DNA from: an uncultured Clostridia bacterium
GTDB taxonomy: Bacteria > Bacillota > Clostridia > Christensenellales > Borkfalkiaceae
DNA length: 64,000 bases
Reading direction: 5' to 3'
Assembly: GCA_947176305.1 (NCBI GenBank)
Contig: CAMWPZ010000001.1
Span: 4,154 to 68,153 of the forward strand
Position numbers and translations under genes: made by a program. The notes beneath the pieces are model-generated. The model saw only the letters and a program-made list of their open reading frames with translations. It was not told where the DNA came from and made no database searches. Shown one piece after another: positions 48,701-55,083 of the stretch (positions are counted from its first letter, which is position 1; the number at the start of each line of letters is the position of its first letter).

Positions 48701-48810
48701 AATAAAATACACAAAACATTTTCAATTTTTAAAAAAGTAGAAAGACTTAATTCGCTAAAATCGTCGAAATAGCCTTTTAGGGCTTTTTTAAGTAATTCTA
48801 TATTAGCCAT
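45730..48810 (-). CDS. DinG/XPD-like helicase with putative Fe-S cluster (pPIWI-RE island helicase)
   Basis: 1026 aa. Walker A GMVGSGKSTLL, Walker B VVMFDECDR and motif VI QIYGRSAR. A four-Cys patch PCYNLHSCDTEQKHFGKYRCSFFEMCPG lies between Walker A and B. Confidence 0.65.
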   Translation of the reverse strand: MANIELLKKALKGYFDDFSELSLSTFLKIENVLCILLKVSPTLNPSKAYVLLRGYQLINHSLKSEQLFWLQQARMKFLVYASKMQWEKDFYLYMDKRYENIRLYNVENNILVKTDKIIPVSDREQYYWDYINSKEKIQRDMPTANAGRYKFYREDKQAVTIDIPNNFDCRIESVAEEKSLKNRRKKIEITYEDLLKTTLKMKDIKADDYCYNVLTKNKLVNVKNRSNILNIEDVVNIVGMVGSGKSTLLKVISFYLAEKGYRAVIVLNSINEVIEYYKYFKELSISVSPLVGKSNQEKYSYSLLKKGEKYIEEDIARYLSAPCILNGLNNENKTAWEFSERPCYNLHSCDTEQKHFGKYRCSFFEMCPGSAMLREAEKSSIVITTVAGLAASFIGKNHHLFLEEVIDNFDVVMFDECDRVQNTLDDFFAPNTAFNDFINSQADASAVDMKKNHSAVDRDRNERRFFNLTRDAISVYDAISYDIDELIKTEKGAWKNLVTSTFSALTLIERMHSDKIDQKLEDALRQCVNVQNEDILYNNDLTNQLSEIIDGSCREDSHVAVRLDRLFSNHKINIDKKDYRHIQLLLKVIFFDRFVYRIDDAAKSVDREVLRNNNISDFLQARFITQQKFLPSAPMGNIFGMMYSKSDEKLKIYRQYACGRYLMLSLPWLKVNEEGSPLGPHAILLSGSSYAPGSLQYHINAPVNYILESSEETTNYLSKSIIRTCGATTVISGGSKDGREERISKLLYEIRPDIEAELNKSGKILFIVNSYDEAHETWIHTKRLLNDIKSAHKCAVLIRDDETRSENGMLRKNDLIYFDDAEEKILVAPAAVICRGYNILDKNANSAIRSIFFLVRPMSVPDDISLKVSKLNGYISMRFCNASVYDWGMFSDKVKTEAGKFWDMMQKDSVAGLRFLSDESKKDVVATVFIMLDQIYGRSARVSDISKIGEPPRIYFADGAFNGGRGDWSFEILKEICDYIDYLIKTDGYVAKVLYESFYNALKENVNYESTKTASDDDFYPESFND

Positions 48811-49921
48811 TTTTTAACTCCGCCTTTATCATCTTTTTCAACATGCTCATAGAAATACAACTAAAATTGCTGTTCTGGACTGCGCTATTACAAATTTTTA
48901 GATATGCAACATTTTTCTTAATAATTTTATCTGAGATAACATAAAAACCTTTATCTATATTTGCATTATAAAATTTATTGTCAGTCTTTATAGCCTTACT
49001 CAGAGTATAAGGGTTTGCAAAAGTTTTCGCATCAATCCCCCAACAAGTTCCATTAGAGAACACTATCTTAATATCGTAACGGTCCAATTCAGGCCATAAT
49101 TCATTATTTAAATTAAATTGATTACAAAAATCATGTATTTCAAATTCTAATTTGCCTGGATAGCTTATGTATCTTGCAACCCCTTGTTTGAGCCTCAATG
49201 CGAATTCTTCACCTACAACATCTAAATCTGTTCTTTTAAATTTCACTCCATCTATACAATCAAAATGACAGCATTTTGGTTGTATACCCTTAAATGATAT
49301 AGTCCATCCGCAATTGGGACACTTATACATTTCTTCCGGCATATTTTCATATGCTTCATTTAAAATATTCTGAATAGCTTGATCTGTATTGTATTTTATT
49401 AAAAAACTATTTCGCTTTCTAATAGTCAGTAAAGGATTCTCAATTAAGAATTGACGAACTGCCACATATTTTTCTTGCGATAAATCTTTCATTAAATTAT
49501 ATACTTGATGTTCATCAATTGCTGATAAATCATTTTCCGTCACTTCAAGATAGTCCAAGCACTCATCGGAAAGTTCGTAACTTTTTTCATTTTTCTTTAA
49601 ATAAATTAATTGTCCCATTTCCCAAAATGGTTCTTTTTGTAATTGTTCTAAAGCAACATTACTCCATTCTTTGAACCATGTTTTTACTGGTAAAGTAAAC
49701 CTATTGCAAATCATTTCTGTTTCATTTAAAGTGGTTAAATAATTTTTTAAATCCTCACCTTCTTTGGCGACATATTGCAAAGCTAAAGCACAAAACATAT
49801 TTATTCCTTGACGAAGCAATAATCCCGTTCGATACTGCTCGGGATCATCGCTTGAAAGTTTCTCTTTAAGCCCAAAAGCAATATGCGCAAACATTTTTTC
49901 AAATATAGCATCTCGTTCCAT
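48803..49921 (-). CDS. Restriction-endonuclease-fold protein with Zn ribbon (pPIWI-RE island REase)
   Basis: 372 aa. CPNCGW...CCHFDC ribbon, then PD-(D/E)xK-like elements KLEFEI, LDRYDIKIV and WGIDAKT. 8-nt overlap with the helicase gene. Confidence 0.6.
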   Translation of the reverse strand: MERDAIFEKMFAHIAFGLKEKLSSDDPEQYRTGLLLRQGINMFCALALQYVAKEGEDLKNYLTTLNETEMICNRFTLPVKTWFKEWSNVALEQLQKEPFWEMGQLIYLKKNEKSYELSDECLDYLEVTENDLSAIDEHQVYNLMKDLSQEKYVAVRQFLIENPLLTIRKRNSFLIKYNTDQAIQNILNEAYENMPEEMYKCPNCGWTISFKGIQPKCCHFDCIDGVKFKRTDLDVVGEEFALRLKQGVARYISYPGKLEFEIHDFCNQFNLNNELWPELDRYDIKIVFSNGTCWGIDAKTFANPYTLSKAIKTDNKFYNANIDKGFYVISDKIIKKNVAYLKICNSAVQNSNFSCISMSMLKKMIKAELKNG

Positions 49922-49935
49922 CTATTTTCATCCTT

Positions 49936-49971
49936 AAAAAAATCCGTCCTTCAAAACACTGAAGGACGGAT
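49936..49971 (-). terminator. Intrinsic terminator inside the 5' leader of the REase/helicase/pPIWI operon
   Basis: Perfect 12-bp stem ATCCGTCCTTCA / TGAAGGACGGAT (49942-49971) with a 6-nt loop. On the minus strand it is followed by a T7 run, then AAGGATG and the ATG at 49921. Confidence 0.65.
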
Positions 49972-50097
49972 TATTGTTTATCTTTGATTATTCAAAGCGC
50001 TAATCGCATTTAAAGTAAATTGCAACAATTCATTCACCCAAATGGTTGTCTACAAAATTACCTATACTACATATTGTGTTTTTTCTAGGACAATTGC

Positions 50098-50126
50098 ATA
50101 TTAACATACAAATAATCCTTTGTCAA
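50098..50126 (-). promoter_or_regulatory. Candidate sigma-A promoter driving the leader of the pPIWI-RE operon
   Basis: Minus strand TTGACA (50126..50121), 17-nt spacer, TAATAT (50103..50098). The predicted start is about 170 nt upstream of the REase ATG. Confidence 0.4.
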
Positions 50127-50481
50127 GCTTTTTAGAAAAATAATTAATTCTTGATATGTTTACACTATGGCAACATAATTAGACGAGCGCTTTTTCGCAC
50201 GAAACAATAGTTGATAGATTAAATCTGACAGCTATCGTGTTCTTCGATTATTCTATATTATATATTTTATAAAATTGCATTCAACACGAAAATGGTATAT
50301 CTTACAGACTATAATTTAAGAGTAATTTTTTTCTTGGGCCCATATTGCGTCAGAAAATTTGGACTTGCGATGCCGATATTGCTAGTTTAAAGCTCGCTGA
50401 GCGTATCAAGTAACCAGCAAGTCAAATAGAAAAATTTTTGCTTGTTCCATTATAAAAACCGCAAGACAAGCTATAACACAA

Positions 50482-50510
50482 TTGAACAAATTGAAAAATT
50501 GTAGTATAAT
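50482..50510 (+). promoter_or_regulatory. Candidate sigma-A promoter of the DUF262 gene
   Basis: TTGAAC (50482-50487), 17-nt spacer ending in TG, TATAAT (50505-50510). GGAG at 50531-50534 precedes the ATG at 50545. Confidence 0.5.
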
Positions 50511-50544
50511 AAATCTACTAATTTTCAAATGGAGCAATAAGTTT

Positions 50545-52302
50545 ATGCCATATAAAAATGAAAGTATTTCTTCTATGGTAGAAAATATCGACAAAAAGCA
50601 GTTTTATCTGCCAGCAATTCAGAGAAAATATGTATGGGGAGAAGAGCAAATTACTAAATTAATGGATTCCATAATGAGAGGATATCCTTTTGGTACATTT
50701 CTATTTTGGAAAGTAAAAAAGAAGACTGTTAACACAAAACAATATTCAATGTATGAATTTATAAAAGATTATCACGAACGGGATAACTATAAAAACCTGC
50801 CCGCAGGACAACCATTTACAATTCATAATAACGATGAAACAATCTCAGCAGTATTAGATGGACAACAACGGCTCACCTCGTTATATATCTCGCTAAAAGG
50901 TAGTTTGAGTTTTAAATTACCAAGAAAACATTGGAGTAGTGATGACGCTTTTCCGAAGAAAGAATTATACCTTGATTTACATAGTACTGGCGAGAGTAAT
51001 GAAGGAGAAATTGCTTATAACTTTGCGTTTTTTACTGAGGAAGAATTTAATACCCTTTCGAAAGATAAAATATGGTTTAAGGTTAAAAATATTTTACAAT
51101 ACAAAGACATCACCGATTTAAATCAATTTCTTATATCGCAAAATTGGGTTACAGACACATTATTAACAAAAAACATTGCGCGGTTACAACAATGCCTTCA
51201 AGATAACGGAATTATTAATTATTTTGAAGTCGAATCCGACACTATTGATGATGTGTTGGATATTTTTGTGCGAGTAAACTCGGGAGGAACAGTTTTATCT
51301 AAAACTGATCTGCTTTTCTCGACAATTGTTTCGTATTGGGATAGGGGGCGTGAAGAAATAGATAATCTTCTTTCATCCATAAATAGAATTGGCGATCATT
51401 ATAAATTCACCAACGACTTTATAATGCGTGCGTGTCTTTATATCACAGATTTGCCAATCGCTTTAAAAGTTGAAACATTTGGTAAGAGCAATGTAGAACT
51501 AATAAAAAATAAATGGGACAATATTCAGTCGGCTATAAAAGATACTGTTAAGCTACTAAATAACCTAGGTTTTAACGCGGAAAATATTATCGCAGATACG
51601 GCAATTTTACCTATAATTTTTTATCGCTATCAATATGGGGCCAAAGCTTTTATAAATGATACTATTAAAAAGAGAGTAGTCTTTGATGTGCAATTGGAAA
51701 TCAGAAAATATCTTGTCATCGCTCAGATTAATCATGTATTTGGACAATCGACTAACAGTACTTTAACCGCAATACGTAAAGAGCTAAAAACTCATTCCAC
51801 TAAATTCAAACTGTCTTATTTGCAAAATATGACATTCTCGGGTGATAAAAATTTGAAATGCCGTAAAGAAGATATTTTAAATTGGTTTGATAATTTTGAA
51901 AAAAACGCATATACATTTATGCTGTTAACCCTACTCTATCCCAATTTAAAGTTCGGGCAAAATGCTTTCCATCAGGATCATATGCATCCATTTTCCGCAT
52001 TTGATGACGACACCGTATTGAAAAGCCTTAAATTACCTAAACAAAGCGGTATAATGGATAATATTAAAATTCAAAGTTGGAGACATCAAAGAAATACTCT
52101 AGCAAATTTACAGATTTTAGAAGAGCGAGAAAACGAATCTAAAAATGACGAGCCGTTAATTGATTGGATTAAACGTCCAGAAAATGCTCAAAATGTAAAA
52201 TATTTACCTCAAAATATTGATTATAATTTATTAAATTTCGATGAGTTTTTGGAAAAACGAAAAGGTTTAATGGTTGATGCTTTAGAAAAAATTCTCCTAT
52301 AA
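50545..52302 (+). CDS. DUF262 / DUF1524 (GmrSD-like) type IV restriction-type nuclease
   Basis: The start is taken at ATG 50545 (MPYKNESISS). N-terminal DUF262/ParB-like block YLPAIQRKYVWGEEQITKLMDSIMRGYPFGTFLFW. C-terminal His-Me finger-like block HQDHMHPFS...NTLANLQILEERENESKND. Confidence 0.7.
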   Translation: MPYKNESISSMVENIDKKQFYLPAIQRKYVWGEEQITKLMDSIMRGYPFGTFLFWKVKKKTVNTKQYSMYEFIKDYHERDNYKNLPAGQPFTIHNNDETISAVLDGQQRLTSLYISLKGSLSFKLPRKHWSSDDAFPKKELYLDLHSTGESNEGEIAYNFAFFTEEEFNTLSKDKIWFKVKNILQYKDITDLNQFLISQNWVTDTLLTKNIARLQQCLQDNGIINYFEVESDTIDDVLDIFVRVNSGGTVLSKTDLLFSTIVSYWDRGREEIDNLLSSINRIGDHYKFTNDFIMRACLYITDLPIALKVETFGKSNVELIKNKWDNIQSAIKDTVKLLNNLGFNAENIIADTAILPIIFYRYQYGAKAFINDTIKKRVVFDVQLEIRKYLVIAQINHVFGQSTNSTLTAIRKELKTHSTKFKLSYLQNMTFSGDKNLKCRKEDILNWFDNFEKNAYTFMLLTLLYPNLKFGQNAFHQDHMHPFSAFDDDTVLKSLKLPKQSGIMDNIKIQSWRHQRNTLANLQILEERENESKNDEPLIDWIKRPENAQNVKYLPQNIDYNLLNFDEFLEKRKGLMVDALEKILL

Positions 52303-52310
52303 ATATGACA

Positions 52311-52350
52311 ACAGCGAGCAGATTATCTGCCCGCTGTATTCTTTTATTTA
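52311..52350. terminator. Terminator hairpin between convergent genes
   Basis: ACAGCGAGCAG / CTGCCCGCTGT imperfect stem (52311-52337, one A.C mismatch) followed by a T-rich tract. Confidence 0.5.
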
Positions 52351-52376
52351 TTTCTATATACTTATAAAACTTTTTG

Positions 52377-54407
52377 TTATAACTCTTCAATATTGTTCAT
52401 ATAGTCTTCCCAAAGAGGTACGGATTTATATTGGGTTATTAACTCTTTCGGCACATAAAAAAGCTTGTTCTCATCAGTAGAATAGAAAGCATTTGCACCG
52501 AACGTAACTACTGAACGCGACGCAGTTTTAATGTCCGCTAAATTATGGCAATAACGGAACGCGTTCATACCGATATACTCTGTTTCTTCTGGCAATTCTA
52601 TTTTCTTAATAAAATCGCAGTAAGCAAAGGCCCAGTCGCCTATTTTCTTAACGTTTTTCAAAATTACGGTTTGCAAAACAGAATTATTATAAAAACTCCA
52701 CCGCCCGAAACTTCGAATATTTTCCAATGTCAGCGATTTTAAGTACGGATTGTTTCTGCAAAAATCATCTACGATGTCACCACGTATAGTCAATTGTTCC
52801 ACTTTCGGCATTTCGCCCGCAAAATAGAATGACAGCTTTCTGCTTCCGACAATCTCCATTTCATGGACTGAATCGCATTTATAAAGGCACCCCTTACCCA
52901 GCGAAGTACACGATTTAATACTTATGCTGCGTAAATTCTTCGAGTTATAAAAAGCGAAAGCACCGATATTGATTCCGCTAAATGACAGCTGCTCCAAGCC
53001 ACTTTGCCCCAATCCGCATATACCTATATTGACAAGACCAGATACATCAATGCAATTCAGTTTGTGGCTGTTCCACAGCGCACCCGTTAAAACATTGCGC
53101 ACTCCGTTCAGCTGCTTCAATGCCGTGCAGTTTGTCATTGCGCAGACATCGAGATTTTTTGCGGTAATTTCCGACAACGAAGTACAGCCGTATAACCCGA
53201 ACTTCCCCACTTCATCCACGGTAAATTTTTCAGTCAGATTTTGACAATTATAAAACGTGAATGGCGGTATTGAACTTATTTCAATATCAGTATGTTTGAG
53301 ATTTCGGCAATTATAAAACGAGCCCTCCCCGATTTGTACACTGCCGTTTGCCGTAATGCTTTCAATGTACGAATTAGCAAAAGCATAACTTGATATATGA
53401 CTTATACCGTGCGGAATTACTATGTGTTTTTCGTTGCCCTTGTACTTATAAAGTGCCGAACCGATAACCGCAAATCCAGGTTGATTTTTAAGCCATTCGG
53501 TATCGTAAAAGGCACTATTCCCAATATGAATAACTTTATCTCCGCCGATAACAGAGCATAAAGATTTTGCACCTAAAAAGGCATGTTCACCGATATAAGT
53601 AAGTGACTTGGGCAATCGTATTTCTTTTAAATTATTACATTTCGAAAAGGCATAGTCGCCTATCATTTCAATGCTGTCAGGCAACATAATGGATAGCAAT
53701 TCGCTTCTGTCATGGAAAGCCCCGCTTGCAATTATTTTTACGGGAACACCGTTTATTGTTTCCGGCACTGTATGATAGGGCATTTTTTTACCCTCTTTCG
53801 TCATCCCCTTAATTTCAATAAACCCGTCTTTCTGATTGTACTTAAACTCATTGTACACACCGAACGTTTGCGTCTGATATTTAATATTCGATACGTTTTT
53901 TTGCGACAAAACGATAATCTTACAATAATCAGCATGTTCGTCATAAATTGTTTCAAAGATATACGGAGGTGTTGACGACGAACACAGTAGTTTTAGTTTT
54001 AGGAATTCGGTCTTTAACTTTTGAACAAACGAAAACCAATCGCCAAGTTCTTGAATTTCGTTTACAACCAAGTAGACAAATTTGCTTGATTTTCGAGCAT
54101 AATAAAATTCTTGAATTAAAGGGAAAATATCTTCGCCGTGCAATATGGGAAGCTCATGATCAAGATAAAGCATATCTTGCTTTTCAATTCCGCGCAAAAT
54201 CAGATCTTTACAGATACGCGCAAGCATATCCTTTTTACGAAGGCCGGTTTCTCCAGTAATAAAAACGTAATTATTTTTCGTTTCATCAAAGAAAAGCTCC
54301 TGAACTTCATTATAGTCGTAGGCGAACGCCAAATCAGAGAAATCAATATCAATAGCCTCGTTCGAAATATTTAATTCTTTTATGTAGTCGACAAATTTCT
54401 GTAACAT
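52377..54407 (-). CDS. Degenerate AAA (AAA_14-like) ATPase domain fused to BspA-type leucine-rich repeats
   Basis: 676 aa with no signal peptide. The N-terminus has P-loop-like VFITGETGLRKKD and Walker-B-like YLVVNEIQE, both departing from consensus. The C-terminal 450 aa or so are LRR_5-type repeats (IASGAFHDRSELLSIMLPDSIEMIGDYAFSKCNNLKEIRLPKSLTYIGEHAF...). Confidence 0.6.
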   Translation of the reverse strand: MLQKFVDYIKELNISNEAIDIDFSDLAFAYDYNEVQELFFDETKNNYVFITGETGLRKKDMLARICKDLILRGIEKQDMLYLDHELPILHGEDIFPLIQEFYYARKSSKFVYLVVNEIQELGDWFSFVQKLKTEFLKLKLLCSSSTPPYIFETIYDEHADYCKIIVLSQKNVSNIKYQTQTFGVYNEFKYNQKDGFIEIKGMTKEGKKMPYHTVPETINGVPVKIIASGAFHDRSELLSIMLPDSIEMIGDYAFSKCNNLKEIRLPKSLTYIGEHAFLGAKSLCSVIGGDKVIHIGNSAFYDTEWLKNQPGFAVIGSALYKYKGNEKHIVIPHGISHISSYAFANSYIESITANGSVQIGEGSFYNCRNLKHTDIEISSIPPFTFYNCQNLTEKFTVDEVGKFGLYGCTSLSEITAKNLDVCAMTNCTALKQLNGVRNVLTGALWNSHKLNCIDVSGLVNIGICGLGQSGLEQLSFSGINIGAFAFYNSKNLRSISIKSCTSLGKGCLYKCDSVHEMEIVGSRKLSFYFAGEMPKVEQLTIRGDIVDDFCRNNPYLKSLTLENIRSFGRWSFYNNSVLQTVILKNVKKIGDWAFAYCDFIKKIELPEETEYIGMNAFRYCHNLADIKTASRSVVTFGANAFYSTDENKLFYVPKELITQYKSVPLWEDYMNNIEEL

Positions 54408-54408
54408 T

Positions 54409-55083
54409 CTATTCTCCTAATATTAAAACTCTGTCATATATAGCCGACCAGTCTTCTCCGTCCCTGTCCTTGTGATGATGACCGAAGAACCATTTTTTAT
54501 ATGCAGCCTTTTTTCTGACATCTTCAAGGTAATTATTTAATTCAATTTCCTGATCAATCAAAGGTATCCACATTTCATATGCCATTTGTTTGGGCGCAAC
54601 GTGAGAAAGCATATAGTCAACCTTATAATTGTATTTCGTCAAATTTTTTAGTCCGTTTAAATATTCTTCTTCACTTGGCATTTCCTGTTCCCATACATTT
54701 ACTGGAGAAGAATTCGTCAATTTTTTCAAGGAAAAGCCGCCTCCGAAAACGAAAAACGTTTTATTGTCTATCGTATAAATCTCTCCACGCATGAGATGAA
54801 ATATTTTATCACTGATTTTACGAACTTCCCCACCAAAAGCTTTAACTATGGGGTATGTTTCCAACAAATCAAAGTTTTCGTGATTGCCGTCAAGAAACAG
54901 CGTTGTCAGCGGTAGGTTGTCATAAAACGATTGCACTTCTTTATGTTCCGTTTCGCTCCATATAATTCCCGCGTCACCGAGAATAATAAGATAATCTCTA
55001 TCCGTAAGCGTATATGATTGCAACAGCTTTTTTAACTTTTCTAATCTGATATGCCCGTGTATATCCGACGCCAAATATATCAT
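54409..55083 (-). CDS. Metallophosphoesterase (calcineurin-like)
   Basis: The start is taken at ATG 55083 (MIYLASDIHGH), giving an ATGA overlap with the upstream gene. Motifs DIHG, ILGDAG, GNHEN and GHHH. Confidence 0.75.
   Translation of the reverse strand: MIYLASDIHGHIRLEKLKKLLQSYTLTDRDYLIILGDAGIIWSETEHKEVQSFYDNLPLTTLFLDGNHENFDLLETYPIVKAFGGEVRKISDKIFHLMRGEIYTIDNKTFFVFGGGFSLKKLTNSSPVNVWEQEMPSEEEYLNGLKNLTKYNYKVDYMLSHVAPKQMAYEMWIPLIDQEIELNNYLEDVRKKAAYKKWFFGHHHKDRDGEDWSAIYDRVLILGE

Noticed and set aside
50257-50284. Second minus-strand promoter-like element (TTGAAT, 16 nt, TATAAT) further upstream of the pPIWI-RE operon
   Set aside because: It is weaker than the TTGACA, 17 nt, TAATAT element at 50098-50126, and the region is so AT-rich that such matches occur by chance. 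I have not listed it as a feature.
50406-50594. 62-aa minus-strand ORF overlapping the DUF262 gene start
   Set aside because: It spans the DUF262 promoter, RBS and start. It has a TTG start without an RBS, and the product is hydrophobic and low-complexity.
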